NCBI RefSeq assembly: GCF_009914755.1
Contig: NC_060947.1
Length of the DNA: 64,000 nucleotides
Origin: the human T2T-CHM13v2.0 reference genome, Homo sapiens
Strand: one strand, 5' to 3'
The position numbers were made by a program, and so were the translations under genes. Below the pieces are notes generated by a model. That model made no database searches, was not told the DNA's origin, and saw only the letters and a list, made by a program, of their open reading frames with translations. This document shows, one piece after another, positions 1 to 14,132 of the stretch (within the stretch, counting starts at the first letter, position 1; every line of letters begins with the position of its first letter).

Positions 1-345
1 GAGCAGTTTTTATATAGTACAACTACCAAACTTTTGTTTCTCCTAGACAATAATTTTGCAGTGACTTTGATTTGTTCTTCATCTACAATTAACAGACAAA
101 ACAGAATTTCAGAAATGGAGTTTCTTGTCGCAACCATTGCCTAGACATTTATTAAACTCCTGGCAATTTTTTCAGGTATGTAGTATAGGGATCAAGAAAG
201 CTAAATAGCCTCTGGCCCCATTATTACCTCCAAATAGGTAATAATGACATAAGCAGAAACATTCATGACCAAAACAAACAAACAAAAACCCTCTTATACA
301 TTGAGCTACAAACCATTTGGCTGCAATGTCCTTATTCCCATCCAA

Positions 346-416
346 ATATATATATATATACACATATGTGTATATATGCTATATATGTACATATTTTGTA
401 TATATATATATATATT
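346..416. repeat. (TA)n-rich microsatellite
   Basis: Interrupted TATATA runs. Confidence 0.85.
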
Positions 417-569
417 TGGGGATCATTTTGATACCCTCGCATAAGGTTTGATATTTTATGGTTTCCAAGCTCTACACTCAGATAACAGTGACAAATGCAA
501 ATGATTTTCAAACACTTGATATTCTTTTTCCTTCTCTAGAAATATCAATAGTACTTTTGAATTGCTACC

Positions 570-740
570 ATTTGTCGGGCAAATGTTATGTGATAGGTAA
601 ATGCTAAAGACTTGCTACCTCATTTAATCCTCACACAACCCTATGCTTAGATGTTGTTCCCATTACACAATGAGGAAAGAGATCAGAAAATTTAACTAAC
701 ATATTCAATCACTATGCTGCCTCAGGTTTGTTCTATTCTT
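570..740 (-). mobile_element. MIR SINE fragment
   Basis: CATTTAATCCTCACACAACCCTATG...CCCATTACACAATGAGGAAA resembles the MIR core. Confidence 0.6.
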
Positions 741-1555
741 AACTATCCTGCTGTGCAGGCTTGTGCCTTGCCCCTATTCAGACACCTGATGCCAATACCA
801 AAAGGAACAGATGCTCTGAACAAAAATTGAAATTGACCTTGATCTGTGTGCTGGAAAAAATACTCAGTCTTTTTTCTCAAAATGAGAGAAGTTTTATTTC
901 CTTGCAAATAAAAGTTCTCATTCACTCAACAAATATTCATTGACTGCCTATTCTTGTATGCCAGACTTCTGATTATTAAGTTAAAACTAAAACAGATATT
1001 ACTCACTGGATCACTTAACGCTACACTAAGGAGGGTGAAAGGAGGAAAAAATGTAATCTAGAATATTCTCCTTAGCATAGCAAGAAACTCAGCTGAAACC
1101 TAAATTTCATTCACCACAGAAATCAGGAATATTTAGGGGCTTGAGAGGTAGATTGGGGGTCCTTGAGGACATACAGAAATGTGCCTTTAAGGAGCCTCAT
1201 CCTAAGAAAAGAGACTCATAAAGAACAATTTGGGCACTAGGATAATGGACAAGATAAGAGAAGGAGGCAGGTCTTCAGATCATCTGGATTTATGATGCAG
1301 TTCCACAACCAAGGGGCTAAAGCAAAGGAGCTAGCAAAACACATGAGAGCTGAAATGCCAGGTGTCAATTGTGGCAGCTCCTTTCATGGGCAACAGGACC
1401 CACTGCCCATGGCTCTTGCAGCAAAGGGAGATTGTGCCTTCCTAGGACAGGCATCAGTGCCCTCAGCATGGGGCATGGGACTTGAGCAGCTTCAAGACAA
1501 ACATCAGTTCTAGCCTCATTTTGTTTTGTTTTTTAATTTTTAATAATTGTATAAT

Positions 1556-1858
1556 AGAGCCAGGATCTCACTATATTGCCCAGGCTGGAGTGCAGCAGCT
1601 ATTCACAGGTGAGATACCACTACTCATCAGCACAGGAGTTTTGATCTGTTCCTTTTCCAACCTGGGCCAGTTCACTTCTCCTTAGGCAACTGGTGGTCCC
1701 TCTCTCCCGAGAGATCACCATATTGATGCTGAACTTTGTGCAGACACTACATTGGCATGGCACACTACAGCCCAGAACTCCTGAATTCAAGCCATCCATC
1801 CGTCTCAGCCTCCCAAGTAGCTGGGACTATAGGTGCACACCACCGTGCCAAACCTGGC
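1556..1858 (-). pseudogene. Full-length 7SL (SRP RNA) processed pseudogene, RN7SL family
   Basis: Reverse complement carries Alu-domain ends plus the 7SL-specific S domain (GCTATTCACAGG...CCACTACTCATCAGCACAGGAGTTTTGA...CCTTAGGCAAC...CACCATATTGATGCTGAAC); decayed A-tail 1524-1555; TSD CCTCATTTTG at 1514-1523 and 1858-1867. Confidence 0.95.
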
Positions 1859-2896
1859 CTCATTTTGAATGCCACCAACAGTGAACCAGCTGCCATCTTG
1901 GGCACTAGCAGTATGAAGAGACTTTCCCATAGAAGTCTGGAGAAGAGAGGAAACAAATAGGTGCCATGGGGTGGACAGCTTGTGGAGCCTTCATGAGATA
2001 CCTCCTTGAGAATCCCAAGACCACCTAGAAGGAATTAGACCAGAGTTCCAACAGAGTGCAGGATGTGGAGGCTGAGCCTAGGTATTGGAGTGTCATTTTC
2101 TTCCAGTTTTATATTAAGTAAATTTGCCATTTTGCAGTATGAGAAGATAAAGGAAGTCTCACTTTATGTGCAAAATGTGAACTGTCATAATTTTTTAAAT
2201 TTCAGAATCTCATAATTTCATAGTTGCATGGCCAAGTGAATTTCATACTGATTTATCCAATTGTCACATAGCACAACCTTGTTAGCTATTAAACAGAAAT
2301 AATGCTCCTATTAGAATATTCACATGAATTGTGTGGGTTTTGAATTACACAAAGTTTATGAGCTTAGTTGCTATTGTTTTAACCTATTCAACCTCCAGAA
2401 TGATGTGGCTGGGATGCCTGGGTTATATAGGCAGCAGAGACAAAAGAGATCAATGCATTACATATAGCCATTCTAATCAATGAGAAAAGTGTCTTTTCCT
2501 TTCATTCCAATAAATTAATGCCTCATTTGTTACAACATGGCATTTTCTCAGAAGACTCCTGGAAATAAATTAAGTAGGAGTTGAATTTTTAAGCTAGCTC
2601 CTGTAGAGATTTATCACCTAAGTAACCATTATACTGATGTGGCTGTAATATTTTTATTTTTCAATTCATTGGTGATTACGCCAGTCTATTCTTCATCTCC
2701 CTATGGGCTTACTTCTGTCTGCCCACTCAGAAGCCTCCCCTAGCCATAAGCAGTTCATGAGCCTTTTGTAAAGAATCTTCTGAAATAAAGAGACTGGGTA
2801 TGCCATAATGGATCTTTGTTTTTGTTTTTGTTTTTTTTTATGGCAAAGGTAAAGTCATTGAGATGAGCAGGCTCTTACAGCAAGTTCTGTTTGTGA

Positions 2897-3042
2897 AGGA
2901 AAGAAAGAAAAAGAAAGAAGGAAAGGAAAGGAAAGGAGAGGAGAGGAGAGGAGAGGAGAGGAGAGGAGAGGAGAGGAGAGGAAAGGAAAAAGGAAAGGAA
3001 AAAGGAAAGGAAAAGAAAGGAAAGGTAAGGAAAAGAGAAAGA
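2897..3042. repeat. Polypurine (GGAGA)n/(GGAAA)n tract
   Basis: Near-pure A/G run. Confidence 0.9.
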
Positions 3043-3475
<433 letters not shown>

Positions 3476-3551
3476 TTATTTTAGTAACCACAGAGTATAA
3501 AGAGTTGGGCCTGCACTGTCCAATATGGTAGCCACTGGCCACAGGAGGATA

Positions 3552-3882
3552 TTAAAAAAGAATGAAATCATGTCCTTTTCAGCAACATGGATGGAGCTGG
3601 AGGCCATAATTTTAAGTGAATTAACACAGAAACAGAAAACCAAATACCACATGTTCTCACTTATAAGTGAGATCTAAACATTCAGCACACATGGACATAA
3701 ATATGGTAACAATGGACACTGCAGACTACTAGACGAAGGAGGGAGAGGAGGGGTTTGAAAAACGACCCATTGGGTACAATGCTCACTACCTGGGTGCAAT
3801 ACACCCATGTAAGAAACCTACACGTATACTCCCTGTATCTAAAATAAAAGTTGAAATTTAAAATATTAATAAATAAATAAAT
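3552..3882 (+). mobile_element. L1 3' end (old L1PA/L1PB type)
   Basis: GAAATCATGTCCTTTTCAGCAACATGGATGGAGCTGGAGGCC...CATGTTCTCACTTATAAGTG, AATAAA and A-rich tail. Confidence 0.85.
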
Positions 3883-4063
3883 AGAGCTAGCCTGAGTTGA
3901 AATGTGCTTTAGATGTCAAACATATACTGGATTTCAAGGATTTAATATTTTTTTAATTGTAAAATATCTCATTAATAATATTGTATATTGAGTAATAATA
4001 GTTTGGATATATTGGGTTAAATAAAATATATTACTGAAATAGAGTTCACCTATTTCTTTTTGC

Positions 4064-4188
4064 TTTTTTTTTTAAGAGATAGGGTCTCACCTTGTTACCC
4101 AGGATGGACTCGAACTCCTGGGCTCAAATGATCCTGCCTCAGCCTCTCAAGTAGCTGGAACTACAGGTACATACCACCATGCCTGGCT
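4064..4188 (-). mobile_element. FLAM Alu monomer
   Basis: Single Alu arm with T-tail. Confidence 0.8.
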
Positions 4189-4709
4189 TCCTTTTACTTT
4201 CTTAATATGACTAATAGAAAATTTAAAAACACATATGTGTCTCACATTATATTTCTCTTCAACAGTACTGAGTTAGATACTGCCACTACTCTGCCTTCAT
4301 CATTTATTTCTCCCCCTTTATATAGAGGCCATGCTGGGGCTGGGTAATTTATCACTTTTCCATCAGGGGAGGTCCAGGTATCACCAGAATATTTCTGGAA
4401 TATTCCCAGGGATTGTGTGTGTCCTGGCTGTCCCTCTGAACCCCATTCATGCTTCGACCACCTCAGAACACAGCACCTTCTCCCATCTCCCCCACCCACC
4501 CCAGTCCCAAGTTTCAACTCCCTAAGAACTCATGTTTCCAGGCTCACAAAAGAAATAATAAATTCTTTCACAAAATTATTTTTCATGGACGCATGCCTTT
4601 TCTTAGTGAGACAGATTTCAAAGAAGGAATTTTTTCCTCATTTTTTCAACCTCTCTCACCTGACTCAGCTCTGGGTCTCTCCTTTACAAAACCAAAGGCT
4701 CTGCCCAGC

Positions 4710-4932
4710 TTGGCCAGCATGGTGTAGTAGCTCAATCACAGCTCCACTATAGCCTCGTTCTCCTGGGTTCAAGCAATCCTGCCTCAGCCTCCCAAGTAGC
4801 TAGGACCACAGGCTGGTGAGACAGGGTTTTGCCATGTTGCCCATGCTGGTCTTGAACTCATGGGCTCAAGCAATCTGCCAGCCTTGGCCTCCCAGAGTAT
4901 TGGGATTACAGGTGTGAGCCACTGGGCCTGAC
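4710..4932 (-). mobile_element. Deleted AluJ
   Basis: Two partial Alu arms, linker missing. Confidence 0.75.
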
Positions 4933-5579
4933 TCTTGAACCATTAGTTAGGATTCAATACTCATGCATTTAGCCCCTTCTGTGGGCCAAGCATTGTGCTG
5001 GGGCAGAGGGATGCCACAGACCTGGGGACAGGCTTTGGCTCTGCCTCCCACCCTGGGTATTTCTGCCCAAATGATAGGCCTGGGGTGGCAGTGCCTATGA
5101 AGGGAGTCAGTTACCTCCACCCTGCCCCAGAAACCCCCTCAACTGGTACCTTAGCAGAGGGAGAAGGGTGTCTCCGGGCAGGCCCACATTGCCCTGTGGC
5201 TATAAGGAGAAGAGCACTAGATAGTGATAGCCTTTGATGATGACTTTTTAAAATTCCCATAGCACATTTTAATGGAAACACTTTTTCATTAACTTAAATA
5301 TATTCCTTGGAGAAATGGCTGTTTCCAGGTCTGGAGCAGGAAAGGCACAAGACATCATATGAGAAAGCAAAGGTTTCAAAGATTAATAGGAGGGGTCCAC
5401 AGGACACAGAAGTTAGCACCTACCTTGCAAAGTCATAAAATTTGAAAATTAAGAATAATGGACTGCTGGCTCCACTCAAGATAGGGTAAGGACACTCCAC
5501 TTCATCTCTTCTTCTGATTATAACACAAAACCCTAGACAAGATACACAAAGTAACTACCAGAAGACTCTAAAAGGTGGA

Positions 5580-6031
5580 TGTATCCATTTTCTTTTGCCA
5601 TTGTAACAAATTATCACAATTTTAGGGCTTTAAAACAACACAAATTGATTATTTTACAGTTCTAGAGGTCAGAAACCTAAAATGGACGGGTAGGCTGTGT
5701 TCCTCCTGGAGGCTGTAGAGCAGAATCCATTTTTGTTCCTTTCCAACTTCTAAAGGCTGCCTGCATTCTTTGTCTCATGGCACTTTCCTCACACCACTCT
5801 GATTTCTGCTTCCATCATCACGGGTCCTCTGGCTCTGACCCTTTTCCTCGGCCTCTCTCTTATAAGAGCCTTGTGATTACATTGGGCTCAACCAGGTAAT
5901 CCAGGATAACATCTCCATTTAACTTAATCAGGCTTGCAAAGTCCCTTTTGCCATGTAAAGTCACATAGTCATGGGTTCCAGGGATCTGGACATGGATATC
6001 TCTGGGGAGGGGCATGATTCTGCCTACCACA
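5580..6031 (-). mobile_element. MLT1C-type MaLR solo LTR
   Basis: TG...CA ends, AAACAACACAAATT...TTACAGTTCTAGAGGTCAGAA, ends GATTCTGCCTACCACA; imperfect TSD GTGGA/TTGGA. Confidence 0.8.
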
Positions 6032-6073
6032 TTGGATAAAGAATAGGTAGGCTGGCTAAGAAATTCAGGTCTT

Positions 6074-6708
<635 letters not shown>

Positions 6709-8354
6709 AAGAAACCCAGGTCTTGAAGGATGAACTGAAAGTGAGTTCCCTAGGTTTCTTCTTTTCTTTTTCCTTCCATAGATAGATAGACAGAGAGAGA
6801 GATGGGAATCTTTATATAGATAGATGGATATATTTTCTTCTATATATCTATATATAGCTCAAGCTCTGGGGTAACCTGCAACCCAGAATTGAGAGAGGGC
6901 ACAGACAAAGGTAGCTCTAGGGAAAGCCTGCTGTCTTCAGCCATTGGGCCAGGTGGTGGGCTTCTGCAGGCTGTTGCCCTTGGAACTTTCCCTGTCCTAT
7001 GCCAGGCAAGGACCAGCAATGAAGCAACAGCAGGAAATCTCCAAACTTATGAACAGAAATGTCTTCCTTGGGATTATAGAACCAAATCAAATAAAAACAT
7101 TATCGACAGAAAATGCCATTAAGTCCTTGAGTTCTAAGAAGGCTCTTGGAAAATTAAAAACAAGAAAGAAAAGGAAAAATTCTTCAGGCGGAAGATAAGT
7201 ATCAGTCATGGAAATGTAGAAGAGAAGAATATGACTCATGAATTTCAGATACAGGATGAAAATGGGTATTTAACAATTATACAAAAGATAGAATTAGGCA
7301 ATTGCTGGATATGATGCTGAAAACAGAATCCCAAGTCAGCTAAAGCCCATTTCCGCCTATTTCTATTTCTTTAGAATGTTCCAAGAAAAAATTTCAAATA
7401 CCCAACTATCGTACAATTTCAGATTCCTTTCACAGAGTCATAAATCAAGCCAGAAGAAATTCCAAAAACTATTTAAACCAATTATCTGTTCCAGGAACGA
7501 GCAACACTTAACTGACTCAAAAGAAAAATTCAAAGGCATTTTGGAGGCACTTCTACCACCTCCTTTGTTCCCCTTTCTGAAGCACAGCCCATCTCAGAGA
7601 TGCCAGCTGTGGCTCCTTGGCACCTAGGAGGCCAGAGAGAAAGGGTCATGCGTCCCAACCAGTGTCAAAGCCTGAGCAAGTCCTGAATTCTCCCTGTGAT
7701 CTCTGCTTATTCCCAGAGTTGCTCTCTTGAGGTCAGGCTGTGATGTTCACCTATTCCATCTCTGATCTGTCCCAAGTCACCCCGCTATGCAAAAATTAGT
7801 TCATTCACCAGTTCCCGTAAGGACCCACTCACTTCAGGCATTTTGTGGGTTTTAATATAATATTTTCAAGGTTTAAGAGCTTGCGGCAAGAGATCACACA
7901 TGAACATGCAAGAACCTCTCCCATCTCTTATTCTCTTTCTGGAATCCTGTCTCAGTGTCTCCTCTTCATCCTGCATGGATGATCTCCCCACTCCCCAACT
8001 CCAGATTTTAATTTATTCATAAAAGTGTCTCTCTCTCTGCCTCTCTCTCATTCATGCGCAGTCATCAAGGACCTCCCAGTCACTGCTGCAAGCAGGCAAG
8101 ACTTCCAAACAACTATAGAACTCTTATAAAGAACTTTGATGCATTAAATTATCTCTATCCCAGTCCACCTATCCAAGTAGGATCATTTCTGAATTTAGAG
8201 TCAATATCCCGTGGTACTGTTCTCACAATCCCTCACTAAAGTCCTTGTAAGGAGTAAGTTATGTAAAGCACTACCTGGTTTCTACATGCTGACGTCCAGT
8301 TTCTACCACTGATAGGTTTTATGTCTTCTTCAGTTTTCTATTGCTTTTATTGCC

Positions 8355-8800
8355 TAAGCCTCAAGTAGGGTTCCCCCAAGAAGCAGGCACTGAGATAGGT
8401 ATTTGAATGCAAGTAGCTAATTTAGGAGGTGATCCCAGGAAGCTCTGGCAGGGGAGGTGGGAACATGAAACAGGAAACAGAAAGAAACCAATATAGAATG
8501 CATTTGTGAGCAGTTTATCACTATGGACAAATGGGAGCTTATCCTGCAGGGGATCTCTGGGAGATCGTGTCAAACAGGCCTTTCCAGGGGCAAGAAAGCT
8601 GAGATATTCATCCACCAACCCCTCCATCATTGGTTGAGGGTATCCCCTGGGGGCCTTCAGATCCTGCCACCTCTGACCCACCCTGCACAAGGCCCTCCCC
8701 TGTAGCCAGAGAAAGCCCTCAGGTAGAGTTGCAAGTGCCAGTAAGAAGCCACTGGCACTAATGGGTACTGGAAAGTTGAGTGCTTCAGAGTGTGGGTGGT
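8355..8800. mobile_element. Old MLT1-type (ERVL-MaLR) LTR
   Basis: GGGTTCCCCCAAGAAGCAGGCACTGAGATAGG...GGAGGTGATCCCAGGAAGC pattern. Confidence 0.55.
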
Positions 8801-10189
8801 ACTCTACTTTCATCTGCTATGATGAATACCCTAGACCTGTTCAGCCTAGACTGTTCTCCTGCACTAGCCCCTGATGGAGCTTTTCCTATATAATATCAAA
8901 CTGGCATAATACAACTAACTTGCACTCCAATCACCCAGCATGGTTGGCTCTTCTTCTTCTATTCTCTGGGAACAATTGCATAAGGATCCCTGTAACCTAG
9001 TGAACACAAGCAGAGAAGGCAAAGAACATGCAAGTCAATGAAATATATGTGATATGCATCACTGTTTGCTGACATGGTAGATGACATTTAATTCCAATGC
9101 TCTTCCCGCCATTTTGACAACTTGCTTATCCCAATGAACTTTATCACTGTCATTCTGGATTTACAAGAAAATTCCCATTCATCATCAAAAGTAAAAAAAA
9201 AATCCATTAGCAGGAAAGGAAATGTCTGTAGAAGTGATATTGGATTCAGATACCTTGACCTCAGGTAAAGTGAGATTTCCAGTAATGCATTATGATTTTT
9301 TTTGTCATAAACTTTTGATCTCAAAACATGATTTACTCTTATTTGAGTTTGCATGAATGTTAGATAATGAAATGATTTAAGTAAAATTAAGTAATTGTAT
9401 AAGTGTCTTTCTCAGCTGGAGCCTGAAGTGGTGATATTTGTCTTTTTCACTCTGCCATCTCCCATTCTTTTGGCAAATTCCTTCAACATTCCCAACCAGG
9501 GTCCCGATATTTCAGTAGAAAGCAATGGTGTATACTGGAATGGAGGATGCTTAGGAGGTACAGGTGAAGCACTTTTGTGGCCCCACCCAGGTCTTTCCCA
9601 ACATGTTCCTAATTTGTATTTCCCACTCATCTCACCTCTCAAAGTCCCTACTCCAGCTATATCTCATGCATATAACAAACTAACTTATATTAAGGCATAA
9701 ATAGCTAAAAAGAGCTTAATGCTTTACAATTCCTTCAACATACTTTGCATTTTAAAAAGCACTGTTATTACTAGTGAAATCTTAGGTGATGTGTGGAAAA
9801 GACTGCAGACTTTTTTTGTAGGAAGGCCTTTAGTGGCACCTGTCAAATGTCAAATCCCTCTCTTTCGGTAACTACCTTTTCTATCTTATATCAATCTTTG
9901 AGGGGGTCCTAATAAAAATGTTGTGAGACAACTGAGTGAATTGTCTATTTGAATAAGGGATAGGTTAGAATATAAATACACTTCTCTGCAGGATGTCCCT
10001 TTTAAGTTTAATTTCTATGGAGTTCTCTTTGTTTATCCCATCATGGTCCCAGAGAAAAAAAACACAAAGAGAAGAAATCCTGAAAAGTAATTAAGTAGTA
10101 ATGTGTGGTGAAGTCTCTGACAGAAAATAAGTTTGTAGAAAAGTAATTCCCCAGAGACTATCCAACCCATCTTATGCTGCCTAAGGCAT

Positions 10190-10620
10190 AGACTGTTGGT
10201 TGTTCTCTAACATCCATTCTTCCTCTCTTACAACCCCTGATTTTCAGCTAGGCACATGGTCACCAGCCTAAGGCTACATTTCCCTGCCTCCTGTTCAGCA
10301 AAGTTGGCCATGTGACTAAGTTCTAGCCAATGAGCTAGAAATGTGATGTCATCTAGTGATTTTTTTCATCTAGTGATCTTATCTGACGAACTTTCTTAAC
10401 AACAAGAGCACATGTTTTGCCCCTTCTCTCACCACCTTCACCTTCCTACATCCAGCTGATTAACATGTTGATGTGATGACTCTAGCTTTAATTGAACCAT
10501 TAGGATGAGGCCATGCCCCAGGGATGGCAGAGGGGAGAGAGAGCTGGAAGTAGCCTGAGCTTCTAATGACTTCGTGGAGCAGAAGCATCACAGGAGCCCT
10601 AGAAGCCTCCCCTCAGACTT
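10190..10620 (+). mobile_element. Old ERVL-type LTR (LTR33/MLT1J-like)
   Basis: CATCCATTCTTCCTC...CTACATTTCCCTGCCTCC...GGCCATGTGACTAAGTTCTAGCCAATGAG. Confidence 0.55.
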
Positions 10621-10787
10621 CAAAGACATCAAAGTGAGAAGCACAACAATTTCCATTGGAGGTTTAGTTTAAAAATTGCACTCAACTTCTCATAGGAGAG
10701 AATGTCCCATACATCATGCAGGCACATTCCCAGACCAGAAAACTAATTTTATTACATATGTCAATACCCTGATGTTATCCAGAAGGT

Positions 10788-11093
10788 GTTTTTTGTTTTT
10801 TTGGTTTTTTGTTTTTTTGTTTTGAGATGGAGTCTCGCTCTGTCGCCCAGGCTGGAGTGCAGTGGCGCAATCTCGGCTCACTGCAAGCGCCGCCTCCCTG
10901 GTTCACGCCATTCTCCTGCCTCAGCCTCTCCGAGTAGCTGGGACTACAGGAGCCCGCCACCACGCCCGGCTAATTTTTTGTATTTTTAGTAGAGACGGGG
11001 TTTCACCGTGGTCTCGATCTCCTGACCTCGTGATCCGCCCGCCTTGGCCTCCCAAAATGCTGAGATTACAAGCGTGAGCCACCACGCCCGGCC
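10788..11093 (-). mobile_element. AluY with the AluYd-type 12-bp left-arm deletion
   Basis: Reads GAGATCGAGACCACGGTGAAACCC on the minus strand (TCCTGGCTAACA missing); TSD TATCCAGAAGGT at 10776-10787 and 11094-11105. Confidence 0.88.
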
Positions 11094-11144
11094 TATCCAG
11101 AAGGTTTTTGTAATATTCTTCTCTCTTATCATTTCATTATGAAT

Positions 11145-11652
<508 letters not shown>

Positions 11653-12040
11653 ATTATGATTTTTGATGCCTGGATAATTAGAGCATCAGAGAAAAGTGAC
11701 AAGAACATAGCCAGTGTAATAACTTGTTAATTTAAAAATAATAATAATGAATAATCAGAATCATGAGTTTAATATTGGCTTTATCTCCACATTAGCAAGA
11801 ACTCTTTTGGAAGCTGGGGAAAATAAGACGCCTAAAGGCACTGGAAATATCTGTAATACACTGTACCTTATGAATAAACAAGTAAATGAGCAATTAGATG
11901 AATCCCAGAAGGTTTAATGACTTTTCTATTCCAATATATTAATAAATTCTAACATTCAGGTTGCAATAAGACCAAAAGGTTTTTTCATGAAGCAACTAAT
12001 ATGGTCATATACGTTTTAGGAAGAAAAGAAGACCCCCATC

Positions 12041-12172
12041 ACCAGGCATAGTGGTGTGCACCTATAATCCCAGCTACTCAGGAGGCTGAGGTGGGAGGAT
12101 CACTTGAGCCTAGGAGTTTGAGATCAGCCTGGGCAACATAGTGAGATCATATCTCAAAAAGAAAGAAAAAAG
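12041..12172 (+). mobile_element. FLAM Alu monomer
   Basis: Single arm plus A-tail. Confidence 0.8.
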
Positions 12173-12557
12173 GCTTATATTGCTCACAGTTAGGCTAAAA
12201 AAAAGACCCCAAAATCCCTATTTTTGATATTGCCTTTGTTGAAATCAGCTTATTACAGTGGCAGGCACGCATTGCTTCACAAGATATGACTTCACATAAT
12301 GACAAATGTGAGAGAATGACATTCTTCTTCATTGGATGGAAATATTGTATTATTTCAGTATGAAAAATCCAAATTGGAAAAAATAGGCCCACGAGCTTAA
12401 CTAGCAGGACACTGGTTGTTCCCTAATGACTTAAAACAGGGGTCTCTCACTCTCCGTTTACATATCATTTTGCAATCCTCAGCCAAATCTTCTTGTGATT
12501 TTGTTTCACACATTGCTAAAAAACCAGATTCTCCTAGACACAGCAATTTCCCCAAAA

Positions 12558-12732
12558 CGGTGTTCTTAACCTTGGCCCACATTAGAATCACCATTAAACT
12601 TTAAAAAAGACCCATGCCCAGGGCGAATCCCAGACCACCAACTGGTGTTATTCTAGAACCTCTTGAGGCATGGGTCGAGTCAGTAGCATTTTTCATATCA
12701 CTCCAGGTGATTCTAAGGAGTAGCCTGGGGTG
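12558..12732. mobile_element. MER5A-type hAT DNA transposon
   Basis: CACATTAGAATCACC...CTCCAGGTGATTCTAA inverted core. Confidence 0.65.
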
Positions 12733-12904
12733 TGACCCCCTGCCGCAAAGAAGCCCCACTCCACCAGTGTGGCTGGAGCACACATCTTGCTTGAGTTAAA
12801 ATATTAGACTAAAAGTAAATCATGCCATCCCTTCCCCACAAACAGATCATATTTAGAGTTCCCCCTCACATTCTCCTACCTGCTTCATTTTAAAATAAAG
12901 GTAT

Positions 12905-13683
12905 TGTCACAGCCTGACGCCCCTCACCAAAAAAAAAAAAAAAAACAATGTGAACAGCAGGTGTTGCAGCAAAGAAAAAGTTAAATAATCTCAGGGCTGG
13001 CCAAGTGAGAAGAACAGGGAGAAATTTCTCAAGCCTATCTCCCTGAGAATTCAGAGGCTAGGGTTGTTTAAGGGCACTTTGGTGGGCAGGGGATTAGGGA
13101 ACTGGAACAATTGATTGGCTGGGGATGAAATCACGGGGTGGCCTAAAATTCTTTAAGCAGGTGAGTCAGTTCCCAGGAGTGAGGGGGTTCTCAGGACCAG
13201 GTGGTACCTCTTGGTCTACTGAAATGAAAAATCTGAAAAGTATCTCAAAGACCAGGTCTTTAGGTTTCACAATAATGATGTTATCTATAGGAATAGTTGG
13301 GGAAGTTACAAATCTTGTGACCCTGGTTACGTGACTCTGGGGCAGTAAGCAACTCACAGGAAAACACATTAAGCGATAGCAGGTCATTGTTTAACTGTGC
13401 CTATTCTTTATCAAACTCCAAGCCCCTACCATAATTTTAACCTTGCCTTATGAATGCAGCTTCAATCTCCGGACAAGGAGGGAGGTCAGTTTCCCTTGCT
13501 TCGAAATTCAACTGTCCACTAAATCCCTCTCGTAATTATCTTGGCTGCTGTGCTAGAATAAGCAAAACAAAAACAGAAACAAACAAACAAAAAAACAATT
13601 TAGCCTGTGAGGTTAGAAGCAAGATGGAGTCAGTCATGTTAGATTTACCTCATTATTTATAACTCTGCAAAGGCAGTTTTAGC
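12905..13683 (-). mobile_element. LTR8-family ERV1 solo LTR
   Basis: GGTTAGAAGCAAGATGGAGTCAG...TGCAAAGGCAGTTT is the reverse complement of the LTR8 5' end. Confidence 0.75.
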
Positions 13684-14132
13684 ATTGAGAAAAGAATGTT
13701 TTCCCAAAATAGTTCCCTTTCACAGTTTTGCAGTTTCTGGTTTAGCCCCAATCTTCTCTAGATAAAACTGGATTTGTCCTTAGGAGGACAGAGGAGAGGT
13801 TAAAACAGTCAAGGAGCACTGATTCTTGGCCCTGAGTGGAGATTGAGAGAACAAATCAACACTCTCCTTCCTTTCCACTAACCCTAACCTCCTCCATCTC
13901 CATGCATCCTCTGTCCCAGGTAAGGGTAAAAGCCTGCTGGTGCTCCTAGAACCATTTCTGTAAGAAAATCCAGGTAATAAATAGGGGCTGCATCCCCAAA
14001 TCTCACTAAAACAAGAAAGGAAAATAGATGCTAATGTTGGTAAAGTCTTGAGGCTTCTCACTCACTGGGAGTCTTGCTATTTGAGAGTAATGTAATCTCT
14101 CTCTTCTCTAAGCACCAAGGTGGTGGTGGTTG

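Larger units (their letters stand above)
3511..4270. mobile_element. MER33-type hAT DNA transposon, interrupted by an L1 3' end and a FLAM
   Basis: CTGCACTGTCCAATATGGTAGCCACTGGCCACA start; resumes ~3885; ends ...CACATTATATTTCTCTTCAACAGTACTG. Confidence 0.7.

Noticed and set aside
10349-10378. TCATCTAGTGAT short tandem duplication (a similar 15-bp one occurs near 41259-41290)
   Set aside because: Ordinary slippage duplications inside old repeats
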